Assembly: GCA_039933895.1 (NCBI GenBank)
Contig: JBDTNG010000271.1
Location: 1-43,747, forward strand
DNA: 43,747 nt
Source: Flavobacterium sp.
GTDB lineage: Bacteria > Bacteroidota > Bacteroidia > Flavobacteriales > Flavobacteriaceae
Direction of reading: 5' to 3'
Shown here: positions 9,134 to 19,323 of the stretch, one piece after another
Numbering within the stretch: position 1 is the first letter of the stretch
Layout: the number at the start of each line of letters is the position of its first letter
Notes under the pieces: generated by a model
What the model saw: the letters and a program-made list of their open reading frames with translations, nothing else
Told to the model about the DNA's origin: nothing
The model's database searches: none
Made by a program: the position numbers and the translations under genes

Positions 9134-10333
9134 TTGAATTTTTCGCTATACATAGCCAGGCGTTATCTGCGTACTTCCAGTAAAAATAACGCCATAAACA
9201 TCATCACAAGAATTGCTTCATCTGGCATTATTGTTGGCGCAATGGCTTTGTTTGTAGTGCTTTCTGTATTTAGCGGATTAAAAAATTTTAGCTTATCATT
9301 CAGTAATGACTTTGATCCAGATTTAAAAATCATCCCTAAACATGGCAAGTCTTTCTTAATTACTCCCGAGGAAAAAGAGAAAATAAAATCAGTAAAAGGC
9401 ATTGCTTTTTACAGCAAAATTATTGAAGAAAAAGTACTTTTTGTTTACAAAAACAAAGAGCAAGTGGCTTCCATAAAAGGCGTCGACAACCAATACAATT
9501 TGGTTAACAATGTTCAAAAAGTTTTATACCAAGGGCAATGGCTTTCGCCAAAAACACCGCAAGTTGTTATTGGAAATGGAATTACCCAAAAATTATCTAT
9601 GGGCTTATATGATATGAATAATGCCTTTGAAATTTATGTTCCAAAGCCAGGAAAAGGCTCCATTTTGAATGCTGAATCTGCTTTCAATAAATCAAATCTG
9701 GTTCCCATTGGCACCTATGCCGTTAGTGAAGAATTAGATTCTAAATATGTATTTGCCGATTTAGAATTAACGCAGGAATTGTTAGAATTTAAACCCAACC
9801 AAATTACTGGTATTGAAATTAAATTAAATTCGCCAACCCAAGAGCAAAAAGTAATCAAAGATTTAAGCACTATTTTTGGAAATAAAGTAGAAATTAAGAC
9901 AAGAGTACAGCTCAATGATAGTTTGCACAAAATGCTCAACACCGAAAACACAGTCATTTACCTGATATTTACACTTGTTATTATCCTTACTTTATTTACC
10001 CTTGCTGGAGCTATAATCATGATGATTTTGGACAAGCAAAGCAATCTGAAAACCTTATTCAGTTTAGGAACACCCATCAGAGATATTCAAAGAATATTTC
10101 TGCTACAAGGCATTTTATTGACCACTATTGGAAGTTTTTTTGGTTTACTATTAGGGATTATAGTTGTTTTAATCCAACAATATTTCAAAGTGATTATGAT
10201 TACCGAATCTTTGCCATACCCTGTTGTTTTCAACATACAAAATGTTGTCACCGTACTTTCTACCATTATAATATTGGGCTTATTAGCCTCTTGGATTGCC
10301 AGCAATCGTGTAAGTGAAAAATTATTATCTTAG
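9134..10333 (+). CDS. LolC/E-like (FtsX/MacB family) ABC transporter permease
   Basis: N-terminal IARRYL, TM helix, large periplasmic domain, three C-terminal TM helices with LKTLFSLG...IFLLQG. Confidence 0.88.
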   Translation: MNFSLYIARRYLRTSSKNNAINIITRIASSGIIVGAMALFVVLSVFSGLKNFSLSFSNDFDPDLKIIPKHGKSFLITPEEKEKIKSVKGIAFYSKIIEEKVLFVYKNKEQVASIKGVDNQYNLVNNVQKVLYQGQWLSPKTPQVVIGNGITQKLSMGLYDMNNAFEIYVPKPGKGSILNAESAFNKSNLVPIGTYAVSEELDSKYVFADLELTQELLEFKPNQITGIEIKLNSPTQEQKVIKDLSTIFGNKVEIKTRVQLNDSLHKMLNTENTVIYLIFTLVIILTLFTLAGAIIMMILDKQSNLKTLFSLGTPIRDIQRIFLLQGILLTTIGSFFGLLLGIIVVLIQQYFKVIMITESLPYPVVFNIQNVVTVLSTIIILGLLASWIASNRVSEKLLS

Positions 10334-10388
10334 ACCAGTGCTAGATTTGAAATAATACTTACATTTACAACTACAAACTCGAACGTTT

Positions 10389-10500
10389 ATGATTGTTTCT
10401 GTCTAGTCCTTACTTTATTTAAAAATAATTAGGACTTATTTATCTCACTTTTAAGTTCAATCCTATGGGTTGGACAAATATTTTTATTATCCTAATTTAT
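10389..10500 (+). promoter_or_regulatory. Putative leader-peptide attenuator of the MATE gene
   Basis: uORF ATGATTGTTTCTGTCTAG (MIVSV*) at 10389-10406 plus mutually exclusive helices (see findings). Confidence 0.45.
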
Positions 10501-10501
10501 C

Positions 10502-11929
10502 ATGACAGAAACAACTATAGAGAACAATTTATTTTCTCGAATTTATACTACATTAAAACAAGCTATTAAAGGCGACGAATCCTTTGACTATACTTCCGGA
10601 AGCATCAAAAAAGCAGTAATTCTTTTAGCCATTCCTATGGTTTTGGAAATGCTGATGGAATCTGTTTTTGCATTAGTCGATTTATACTTCGTAGGTCATT
10701 TAAAAGAAAGCAGCTATGCCATACAAACTGTTGGCTTAACAGAATCGGTAATTACCATTATCTATTCATTAGCCATTGGAATCAGTATGGCCGCCACAGC
10801 AGTAGTAGCACGTCGTATTGGCGAAAAAGACCCTATTGCAGCGGCAAAAGCGGGAATGCAGGCCATTATCATCGCTTTTGTAATCAATACCGTTATTAGC
10901 ATTTTTGGATTTATTTATGCCGAAAATATTCTATTGCTTATGGGTGCTTCTGCGGAAGCCGTAGCTTACGGGGTTAATTTCACCCGAATTATGATGGGCG
11001 GAAGCTTGTGTATTATGCTCCTATTTCTAATCAACGGAATATTCCGTGGTGCCGGAAATGCAGCCATCGCAATGAGAAGTCTCTGGCTGGCCAATATTTG
11101 CAACATTATTTTATGTCCGATATTAATTAACGGATTAGGACCTATTCCTGCTTTCGGATTAATGGGAGCGGCAATTGCGACAACAACTGGTAGAAGCATT
11201 GGTGTTTTGTACCAAGCTTACCATTTATTTAACGGCAGAGGAATTTTGAAAATCATCCCCTCTTATTTTATTCCTGATTTCGAACAAATCAAAGCATTAG
11301 TAAAAATTGCAGCTCCAGGTGTATTGCAATTCGTTATTGCTTCTTGCAGTTGGATTTTCTTAGCACAATTGGTAGCCACTACTGGAGGTGATCATGGTTC
11401 GGCAGGATACCAAACGGCATTACGAATCATGATGTTTTTTATTCTTCCCGCTTGGGGTTTGAGCAATGCTGCTGCGACTTTGGTAGGACAGAATTTAGGA
11501 GCGAAAGAAATTGGCCGTGCCGAAAAATCAGTTTTTACCACAGCAAAATACAACGTCATTTTTATGGCTACGATAATGGTTGTGACCTTATTTTTTGCCA
11601 GTAATTTCATTTCTTTTTTTACCAATGATGTTATCATACAGAAAATAGCAGTGGAAGCATTACAAACTATGAGTTTGGGTTACATATTCTACGGGATTGG
11701 AATGGTATTGATTAATACGTTCAATGGTGCTGGAGATACTTGGACGCCCACTTTAATTAACTTTTTTGGTTTTTGGTTGTTTCAGATTCCATTGGCATAC
11801 TTATTAGCCAAACATTATAAAATGGGACCAACAGGCGTTTTTATGGCCGTGCCCATTGCGGAAACCGCCATCACACTAGCCAGTATTGTATTGTACAAAA
11901 AAGGTAAATGGAAAAGTATGCAAGTATAA
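10502..11929 (+). CDS. MATE family efflux transporter
   Basis: About 12 TM helices; LAIPMVLEM, VARRIGEKD, IFRGAGNA, LVGQNLGA and NGAGDT motifs. Confidence 0.95.
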   Translation: MTETTIENNLFSRIYTTLKQAIKGDESFDYTSGSIKKAVILLAIPMVLEMLMESVFALVDLYFVGHLKESSYAIQTVGLTESVITIIYSLAIGISMAATAVVARRIGEKDPIAAAKAGMQAIIIAFVINTVISIFGFIYAENILLLMGASAEAVAYGVNFTRIMMGGSLCIMLLFLINGIFRGAGNAAIAMRSLWLANICNIILCPILINGLGPIPAFGLMGAAIATTTGRSIGVLYQAYHLFNGRGILKIIPSYFIPDFEQIKALVKIAAPGVLQFVIASCSWIFLAQLVATTGGDHGSAGYQTALRIMMFFILPAWGLSNAAATLVGQNLGAKEIGRAEKSVFTTAKYNVIFMATIMVVTLFFASNFISFFTNDVIIQKIAVEALQTMSLGYIFYGIGMVLINTFNGAGDTWTPTLINFFGFWLFQIPLAYLLAKHYKMGPTGVFMAVPIAETAITLASIVLYKKGKWKSMQV

Positions 11930-11932
11930 AAG

Positions 11933-11963
11933 AAAAGGCTCAACATTTTGTTGAGCCTTTTTT
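11933..11963. terminator. Bidirectional terminator
   Basis: aaaaggctcaaca...tgttgagcctttt between the convergent MATE gene and dusB. Confidence 0.85.
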
Positions 11964-11965
11964 AT

Positions 11966-12958
11966 TTAAACAAACTGATAATCCGAATATACTTGTTCGA
12001 CTTCCTTTAATACATCAAATAATGCTTGTGGATCGTCTAAAGTAACTAGTTTTTGTTTGTATTCTTTAAATGAATGAATTCCTTTGAAGTAATTCGTATA
12101 ATGACGGCGCATTTCAACAATTCCTACGCGTTCGCCTTTCCAATCCATAGACCATGTTAAGTGATTTCTGGCAGCTTCTACTCTATCGGAAACTGTTGGC
12201 GAAGGCAAATGTTCTCCTGTTTTAAAGTAATGCTTAATTTCATTAAAAATCCAAGGATAACCAATGGCAGCACGACCAATCATCATTCCGTCAAGACCAA
12301 ATCTGTTTTTATATTCCAAGGCTTTTTCCGGAGAATCGATATCACCATTTCCGAAGATAGGCATTGTGATTCTTGGATTGTTTTTTATTCTTTCAATATG
12401 TGTCCAATCCGAATGTCCTTTATACATTTGCGCTCGGGTTCTGGCATGTACCGTCAGCGCTTGCACACCAATATCTTGCAATCTTTCGGCAACCTCATCA
12501 ATATTGATAGAACTTTCGTCCCATCCCAAACGGGTTTTTACGGTTACTGGCAAATTTGTGCTTCGGATAACGGCTTTGGTTAATCTTACCATCAAATCGA
12601 CATCTTTCAAAACACCAGCACCTGCTCCTTTACAGACTACTTTTTTAACTGGGCAACCAAAATTAATATCAACCAAATCAGGATGAACTGCATCAACAAT
12701 TCTAGCAGACATGGCCATAGCTTCTTCATCGCCACCAAAAATCTGAATTCCAACTGGTCTTTCGTAATCGAAAATATCGAGTTTTTGTCGGCTTTTAATC
12801 GCGTCACGAATCAATCCTTCCGAAGAAATAAATTCAGAGTACATCAAATCGGCGCCGTGTAATTTACACAAACGGCGGAATGGTGGATCACTCACGTCTT
12901 CCATAGGCGCAAGTAAAAGCGGGAAATCAGGTAATTCTATGTTGCCAATTTTGGGCAT
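11966..12958 (-). CDS. dusB: tRNA dihydrouridine synthase B
   Basis: LAPMED, DINFGCPVKKV, VTVKTRLGW, HARTRAQMY, GNGDI and MIGRAAIGYPWIF motifs. Confidence 0.95.
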   Translation of the reverse strand: MPKIGNIELPDFPLLLAPMEDVSDPPFRRLCKLHGADLMYSEFISSEGLIRDAIKSRQKLDIFDYERPVGIQIFGGDEEAMAMSARIVDAVHPDLVDINFGCPVKKVVCKGAGAGVLKDVDLMVRLTKAVIRSTNLPVTVKTRLGWDESSINIDEVAERLQDIGVQALTVHARTRAQMYKGHSDWTHIERIKNNPRITMPIFGNGDIDSPEKALEYKNRFGLDGMMIGRAAIGYPWIFNEIKHYFKTGEHLPSPTVSDRVEAARNHLTWSMDWKGERVGIVEMRRHYTNYFKGIHSFKEYKQKLVTLDDPQALFDVLKEVEQVYSDYQFV

Positions 12959-13036
12959 GGATTCAATTTTTTTGCAAAAGTACTAAAGAATATTTAATGT
13001 TTCGCATTGTAAAACAACACTTTATGATTTTTTGGC

Positions 13037-14674
13037 TTATTTTAAGTCAACTTTAATCATAATATCTTCTTTCTTCTTTTTGTAAACTTCTAATAGGAAA
13101 GAACTTTCACTTGTTTTAACAATTCTGTTTGTTGAAAATTGGTAGATTTTAAAATCTTCCACATCACGAGAATTTAATATAGAACCTTTGGTTAAAGCAC
13201 CATCAGTGTCAGAAATTTTAACAGCGGTTAAATACCCACCTTGTCCATCACTATGTCTTACAGGCTCTTTATCCAATGTCAGTTCAATGTTTTTAACATT
13301 ATCCAAAAACACAAAATAATGGTTTCCATTAGCGTTAAAATATTTGTATGACATTCCACCTTTACCTCTACCACCTATTTGATTTTTAGGGATTTTTTTC
13401 ATCCATCCTAATTTACCATCAGCATTGATTTTAGAAGCTAGAATATCACAATAATGATATGTTACTGTTGTTCTAGTTCCCATTTGTGGACTATAAGAAG
13501 TGTGCGTCACAATAAAATATTGCTCTCCAACCAATACGATACTTCCATCTTCATTTACGGCAAGATCTTTAAGTTCTAAGTCAGAGAATTGAGCATCATC
13601 ACCTTTTCTTTCTTTTCTTTCGTTTCTTTTCTTGGTTCTTTCAGATTCATATTGATTTAATACTTCTAATGGAATTTCGTGAAAAGACTCGTCATAAATA
13701 GAACCATCTTCTTTAATTTTGAAAGCGAGAATTCCGTCGCAATCATCAAAATCACCTTTACCATTACTATAAAATCCACCACAAACTAGAAAATCCTTGT
13801 TGGTATCAAAAAGCCATAATTTATTAATAAACTTGTCTTTGTTGTCAAATTTTGAAATTTCAATTTTGTCTGACCCCGCTTTGATGATCATCAATTCAAT
13901 ATGATAATTGGCTTCTGTATCTTTTCTGTGTTTCTTATCGTCATTACTGTCGTCATGAAAAACTTTGGTAAGCATATATAAATCTCCTTTTTTATCCAAT
14001 TGATAATCTAGGTTATTCATTCTTCTTTCCGTGTAAGGCATTGTTACTTCTTTTCCAGAAATTTTGTTTAAATTTCCGTCATAAGTGTACATTCCAATAA
14101 TATCAAAACTTTTAGTATCGCTTTTAACCTCAGGCTTTTTTCTGTATTGAATCAAGACGCTTTTTTGATCTCTCGCTTGAAAGAAATCAAATTTATCTTC
14201 AATAGAATATGAAAATCCCATATTCCCCATAGTTGGAGTTCCAGCAATTCTACCTTCAACTTGGAAAACTAATTTTGGCTCGCCTGCGAATTCACCTTTG
14301 GCAAAATCAATTTCAGCAGCAAACAATTGCTCCTTCTTATTGTCTCCATCCCAAGAGGAATAAAAAAAGTAATATTTGCCATCAATTTCCAAGACTTCTT
14401 CTACTGAATAATTTTTTGGGAAGTATTTTTCGTATTTAGTTTCTTTTATAAATGCTGGTGCTTCTGAATTGAATTTTTGAATTAGAATTTCTTTTCCATC
14501 CAATTTTAAAGCCAATACTTCGTTTCCTCTTGAAAAATATATTTTTTCTTTGGCATCAAAAACCTTATATGGTTCACTCACTTTATAAGTATAATCATTT
14601 GATAATGTTTTTTGTGCGTATCCTTGAGTCAGTAGCAAGGCAAAAAACACTACTGTGTAACATAATTTTTTCAT
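13037..14674 (-). CDS. Hypothetical exported beta-rich protein
   Basis: Signal peptide ending GYA-Q; Lys/Asp-rich with repeated beta-strand patterns; no motif recognised. ATG 14674 preferred over TTG 14677. Confidence 0.8.
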   Translation of the reverse strand: MKKLCYTVVFFALLLTQGYAQKTLSNDYTYKVSEPYKVFDAKEKIYFSRGNEVLALKLDGKEILIQKFNSEAPAFIKETKYEKYFPKNYSVEEVLEIDGKYYFFYSSWDGDNKKEQLFAAEIDFAKGEFAGEPKLVFQVEGRIAGTPTMGNMGFSYSIEDKFDFFQARDQKSVLIQYRKKPEVKSDTKSFDIIGMYTYDGNLNKISGKEVTMPYTERRMNNLDYQLDKKGDLYMLTKVFHDDSNDDKKHRKDTEANYHIELMIIKAGSDKIEISKFDNKDKFINKLWLFDTNKDFLVCGGFYSNGKGDFDDCDGILAFKIKEDGSIYDESFHEIPLEVLNQYESERTKKRNERKERKGDDAQFSDLELKDLAVNEDGSIVLVGEQYFIVTHTSYSPQMGTRTTVTYHYCDILASKINADGKLGWMKKIPKNQIGGRGKGGMSYKYFNANGNHYFVFLDNVKNIELTLDKEPVRHSDGQGGYLTAVKISDTDGALTKGSILNSRDVEDFKIYQFSTNRIVKTSESSFLLEVYKKKKEDIMIKVDLK

Positions 14675-14802
14675 CAATCGTAAGTTTATTTATTAAAATA
14701 TTTTAGGAGCGCAAAAGTAGGTATTTTATTTTAAGCCGTGTTTTTTAACTTGTTTAAACATGCCTTTTATCCTGCAATCCTTTTTAACTCATTAATTTGA
14801 AT

Positions 14803-14810
14803 TATATTTG
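14803..14810 (+). promoter_or_regulatory. Bacteroidota -7 element upstream of lepA
   Basis: TATATTTG, with TTTG-like sequence upstream. Confidence 0.5.
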
Positions 14811-14946
14811 CAGATTAATTCCTAATGTTATTGCGTTTTCATTCTTCAGAGATGAAAAGTAAAGCATTGAGATTTACAGAGAAATTTGAAAAAAGAAGAT
14901 GGCATGGGAGCATGATATGTTCCAAAAAAAGCAATATAGAATACAC

Positions 14947-16743
14947 ATGAAGCATATTAGAAATTTTTGCATTATTGCACACATTGATCACGGAAAAAGT
15001 ACATTAGCTGACCGTTTGCTTGGCGCTACACAAACCGTTACGGCTCGTGAAGAAAAAGCACAATTGTTAGACAACATGGACTTGGAACGTGAGCGTGGAA
15101 TTACGATTAAAAGTCACGCCATTCAAATGGAGTACACTTATAAAGGAGAACAATATATTCTAAACTTAATTGACACTCCCGGACACGTGGATTTCTCCTA
15201 TGAAGTTTCTCGTTCCATTGCGGCCTGCGAAGGTGCACTTTTGATTGTTGATGCAGCACAAAGTATTCAGGCACAAACGATTTCAAATTTATATTTGGCT
15301 TTAGAAAATGACTTGGAAATTATCCCGGTTTTGAATAAAGTTGATTTACCAAGCGCTAATCCAGAAGAAGTAAGCGACGATATTATCGATTTATTAGGTT
15401 GTAAATTAGAAGATATCATTCACGCTTCAGGAAAAACTGGTTTTGGTGTGGAGAATATTCTAGCAGCTATTATCGAGAAAATTCCTGCGCCTAAAGGAAA
15501 TGTTGACGAACCGTTACAAGCCTTGATTTTCGATTCACATTACAATCCGTTCCGTGGTATTGAAGTTATTTTCCGTGTAAAAAACGGGGAAATCAGAAAA
15601 GGTCAGAAAATTAAATTCATGGCAACTGGCAATGAATATTTTGCCGATGAAGTAGGTACATTAAAATTAAATCAGGTTCCAAAAAACGTTATTTCTACAG
15701 GAGATGTAGGCTATCTGATTTCTGGAATTAAAGAAGCAAAAGAAGTAAAAGTTGGTGATACCTTAACGGATGCAAAAACGCCAACGACCAATATGATTAC
15801 TGGGTTTGAAGATGTAAAACCAATGGTTTTCGCCGGAATTTATCCTGTTGACACCGAAGATTACGAGGACTTGCGTGCTTCGATGGAGAAACTGCAACTG
15901 AACGATGCATCGTTGGTTTTTACGCCAGAAAGCTCTGCAGCTTTAGGATTTGGTTTCCGTTGTGGATTTTTAGGGATGTTACACTTGGAGATTATTCAGG
16001 AACGATTGGAACGCGAATACGACATGACTGTAATTACTACAGTACCTAACGTTTCTTATTTGGCTTACACTAAAAAAGAACCAGACACTTCGTTTGTAAT
16101 TAACAACCCATCCGATTTGCCAGAACCTTCAAAATTGGATCGCGTTGAAGAACCATTTATAAAAGCTACCATCATTACAAAAGCCGATTATGTTGGAAAT
16201 GTAATGAGTTTGTGTATCGAAAAACGTGGTGTTATTACCAATCAAACGTACTTGACAACAGAAAGAGTTGAATTGAATTTCGACATGCCTTTGGCTGAGA
16301 TTGTATTCGATTTTTATGACCGATTGAAAACGGTTTCTAAAGGTTATGCTTCGTTTGATTATTCGCCAATTGGGATGAAAGAATCTAAATTGGTAAAATT
16401 GGATGTCTTATTAAATTCACAATCTGTTGATGCACTTTCAGCTTTAATTCACGAAAGTAATGCCTATAATATTGGTAAAAAAATGTGTGAGAAATTACGT
16501 GAATTGATACCAAGACAGCAATTTGATATTCCAATTCAAGCGGCAATTGGAGCAAAAATTATTGCACGTGAAACGATCAAAGCTTTACGTAAAGACGTTA
16601 CCGCAAAATGTTATGGTGGTGATATTTCTAGAAAAAGAAAATTACTTGAAAAACAGAAAAAAGGTAAAAAGAGAATGCGTTTGGTAGGAAATGTAGAGAT
16701 TCCACAGGAAGCTTTTATGGCCGTGTTGAAATTGAACGACTAG
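14947..16743 (+). CDS. lepA: Elongation factor 4
   Basis: [39 protein letters not shown] and [18 protein letters not shown] motifs. Start set at ATG 14947. Confidence 0.98.
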   Translation: MKHIRNFCIIAHIDHGKSTLADRLLGATQTVTAREEKAQLLDNMDLERERGITIKSHAIQMEYTYKGEQYILNLIDTPGHVDFSYEVSRSIAACEGALLIVDAAQSIQAQTISNLYLALENDLEIIPVLNKVDLPSANPEEVSDDIIDLLGCKLEDIIHASGKTGFGVENILAAIIEKIPAPKGNVDEPLQALIFDSHYNPFRGIEVIFRVKNGEIRKGQKIKFMATGNEYFADEVGTLKLNQVPKNVISTGDVGYLISGIKEAKEVKVGDTLTDAKTPTTNMITGFEDVKPMVFAGIYPVDTEDYEDLRASMEKLQLNDASLVFTPESSAALGFGFRCGFLGMLHLEIIQERLEREYDMTVITTVPNVSYLAYTKKEPDTSFVINNPSDLPEPSKLDRVEEPFIKATIITKADYVGNVMSLCIEKRGVITNQTYLTTERVELNFDMPLAEIVFDFYDRLKTVSKGYASFDYSPIGMKESKLVKLDVLLNSQSVDALSALIHESNAYNIGKKMCEKLRELIPRQQFDIPIQAAIGAKIIARETIKALRKDVTAKCYGGDISRKRKLLEKQKKGKKRMRLVGNVEIPQEAFMAVLKLND

Positions 16744-16769
16744 TTTTTTTAGATAAAAAAATAGAATAT

Positions 16770-16802
16770 AAAAAACCCGATGACTTTTCCATCGGGTTTT
16801 TT
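16770..16802 (+). terminator. Rho-independent terminator of lepA
   Basis: aaaaaacccgatg-acttttc-catcgggtttttt. Confidence 0.88.
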
Positions 16803-16868
16803 ATTTAAGATTTTAAATAGGTAAGAAATTTTTTATAAATTCGCAACTCACAACTTAACCATTTTATT

Positions 16869-18209
16869 ATGAAAAAAACTTTATTCTTCTTATTGCTCTT
16901 TACAAACAGTATACTTAATACAATTCAAGCGCAAACTACAATACCAGTCTACAATAATGCTTTGTTCTATGATGGATATGCAGGAATGGTAAACAACCCA
17001 ACAGATGCTGGAGTAATAAGATTAAGAAATGATCTTTTTACAACAAAATTATCTACGGCTCAACTTTCATCCATTGGAAGCACTCTTACCTTAAATATTA
17101 CGATTACCGCAGCATGCGACAACTACGACAGAATAGGAAATATTAATTTGGTATTGGTTCCAAAAGGAAATACATCATATGATACTAACACAGCACAAAA
17201 GATTGAAATGGGAAGATTTATCACCCCATTCATGGACAAAAATGCAACACTTAATTCTGTTCCGTATGTTTTTGTAGTTGACAACATTACCAAGATCTTA
17301 AAAGATAGCGCAATAAATTCATCTTATGACTTTTGGGTTGAATTTGAAGTTTTTGGAGTTCCCTATGCAGCACAAACTCAAATTGCTGGTTGTACTGGCA
17401 GAAATGATGTGTTTTATGGCTCTTTGAACTTTATTACTAATACCAACACAACAATTCCAAACGATACTTTTTTATTGCCTTTAAATTTTAAAAAGAATCT
17501 AAATAATTATGAGGCAGGAGCTTCCGATGCCATTGGAACAACTGTCAGAACCATAAACTACACCTTACCGCAAGCCATAAATTCAGCAAAATATTATTTT
17601 ATCACATCCAATCATGGAGCCAATAGCGGCGGTGAAGAATACAATAGAAGAGTTCATAATATATACCATGATGGTGTTTTAAAATCAACTTATAAACCTG
17701 GAGAAAATACCTGTGAACCTTATAGAATCTATAATACGCAACCAAATGGAATTTATGGATCAACCCCGATGACCAATGGGAATTGGCAATCTTTCAGCAA
17801 CTGGTGTCCCGGAGCAATTATCCCTATAAGAAGTATTTCTTTGGGCAACCTAGCAGCGGGAAGTCATTCTTTTAAAATAACCGTACCAACAGCTGTTTTT
17901 ACAGGAGCCCAAGGATATTTCCCTGTGTCTTTATATTTACAAGGTCTAAACACTATCCTTGGTGTTAATGAATTCAGCAGTTACAGTTACGATTTGTACC
18001 CAAATCCTACTGCAAACTTTATTAATGTTAAATCATCTGAATTGATCAATTCTTACCAATTATTTGATTTTCAAGGAAAAGTACTACTTTCCAAAAACCA
18101 CAATGATAGCAATTTAAGTATCGATATTTCGAATTATCCAAAAGGCGTTTATTTCTTAAAAATGGATTTTGATAAAGGAACCAACACTGAAAAAATAATA
18201 AAAGAATAA
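16869..18209 (+). CDS. Peptide-N-glycosidase F-related protein with T9SS type A C-terminal domain
   Basis: CDNYDRIG, EMGRFITPF, GGEEY and WCPG motifs resemble PNGase F; C-terminal LYPNP...GVYFLK...EKIIKE. Confidence 0.85.
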   Translation: MKKTLFFLLLFTNSILNTIQAQTTIPVYNNALFYDGYAGMVNNPTDAGVIRLRNDLFTTKLSTAQLSSIGSTLTLNITITAACDNYDRIGNINLVLVPKGNTSYDTNTAQKIEMGRFITPFMDKNATLNSVPYVFVVDNITKILKDSAINSSYDFWVEFEVFGVPYAAQTQIAGCTGRNDVFYGSLNFITNTNTTIPNDTFLLPLNFKKNLNNYEAGASDAIGTTVRTINYTLPQAINSAKYYFITSNHGANSGGEEYNRRVHNIYHDGVLKSTYKPGENTCEPYRIYNTQPNGIYGSTPMTNGNWQSFSNWCPGAIIPIRSISLGNLAAGSHSFKITVPTAVFTGAQGYFPVSLYLQGLNTILGVNEFSSYSYDLYPNPTANFINVKSSELINSYQLFDFQGKVLLSKNHNDSNLSIDISNYPKGVYFLKMDFDKGTNTEKIIKE

Positions 18210-18218
18210 TTTTACTCC

Positions 18219-18249
18219 AAACCCGATAGCGAAAGTTATCGGGTTTTTT
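18219..18249 (+). terminator. Rho-independent terminator
   Basis: aaacccgatagc-GAAA-gttatcgggtttttt. Confidence 0.88.
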
Positions 18250-18318
18250 GTTGGTTCTGTTTTTTTTGGCAAATCTTCCCAAAACTGTATCTTTGAAAGA
18301 AAAGCTGCACTCTTTACC

Positions 18319-19284
18319 ATGGATGATTCTCCGAAAAAATTTGACCGTGTTGTCGCTATTCTAATTCAATTGCAATCCAAAAAAATTGTAAAAGCACAGG
18401 AACTAGCCGATCGTTTCGATGTAAGTCTACGCACCATTTATCGCGATATTAGAACATTGGAAGCCTCAGGCGTGCCTATTTACAGTGAAGCAGGTGTTGG
18501 TTATACTTTAGTGGATGGTTATCGTTTGCCTCCCGTGATGTTTACCCGAGAGGAAGCCGGGAGTTTTATTGCCGCAGAAAAACTCATGCAAAAATTTACA
18601 GATACAACCTTGGGCAATCATTATGCTTCAGCGATGTACAAACTCAAATCGGTACTCCGAAGTACGGATAAGGATTGGATTTCGGCTATCGAATCTAAAA
18701 TACTAATGCAGCCTTCTCAAAAACTATTCAACGAAAAAGCACCTAATGCCTTAAACCTTCTTTTTGAAAGTATTGCCGAAAAAAAACAAGTTACTCTTTT
18801 ATATCAGGCTTTTGGCGCCGAAGAAAACATTGAAAGAGCTATTGAACCTGTAGGTGTTTTTCATGACAATAACTTTTGGTACGTATTTGGTTACTGTCAT
18901 TTGCGAAAAGATTACCGCCAATTTAGAACAGACCGAATTCAGGAGATTAAAAAAACTGAAAATCCTTTTACATTAGAACACAACACTTTGGAAACGTATT
19001 TAAATGAAGATAAAAACAAAGCCGTCACAAAAGTTCGTATTCTGATGAATAAAAAAGAAGCAAGATATCTTACTTGGGAACGAAAATACCACGGTTTTGT
19101 TTCGGAAAAAGACATGGGTGATCAATTGGAAATGACTTTTATGTGTCCCGATATTGAAGAAGGCTTTCCCCGCTGGTACATGATGTTTGGCGATTGTTGT
19201 ACCATACTAGAACCCGAAAGACTCAAAAAACGTGTATTGGAATTATTACAACTAAACAAAGACAAACTGCTACAAAAACAATAA
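18319..19284 (+). CDS. YafY-type HTH-WYL-WCX transcriptional regulator
   Basis: HTH_11 (LADRFDVSLRTIYRDIRTL), LPPVMFT linker, WYL domain (IEPVG...WYVFGYCHLRKDYRQFRTDRI) and C-terminal ILEPERLK. Confidence 0.95.
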   Translation: MDDSPKKFDRVVAILIQLQSKKIVKAQELADRFDVSLRTIYRDIRTLEASGVPIYSEAGVGYTLVDGYRLPPVMFTREEAGSFIAAEKLMQKFTDTTLGNHYASAMYKLKSVLRSTDKDWISAIESKILMQPSQKLFNEKAPNALNLLFESIAEKKQVTLLYQAFGAEENIERAIEPVGVFHDNNFWYVFGYCHLRKDYRQFRTDRIQEIKKTENPFTLEHNTLETYLNEDKNKAVTKVRILMNKKEARYLTWERKYHGFVSEKDMGDQLEMTFMCPDIEEGFPRWYMMFGDCCTILEPERLKKRVLELLQLNKDKLLQKQ

Positions 19285-19316
19285 TCCTGAAAACGGGTAC
19301 GTCATTTTCAGGATTA
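19282..19316. terminator. Hairpin between the convergent WYL and DinB genes
   Basis: 12-bp arms taatcctgaaaa/ttttcaggatta. Confidence 0.65.
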
Positions 19317-19323
19317 AGTCTAA

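Noticed and set aside
14899-14946. N-terminal extension of LepA in the ORF track
   Set aside because: The conserved LepA N-terminus starts at MKHIRNF (14947); the upstream ATG is probably in the leader.
18319-19284. WYL protein as an anti-phage island regulator (BrxR/CapW type)
   Set aside because: YafY-type architecture and no defence genes nearby.
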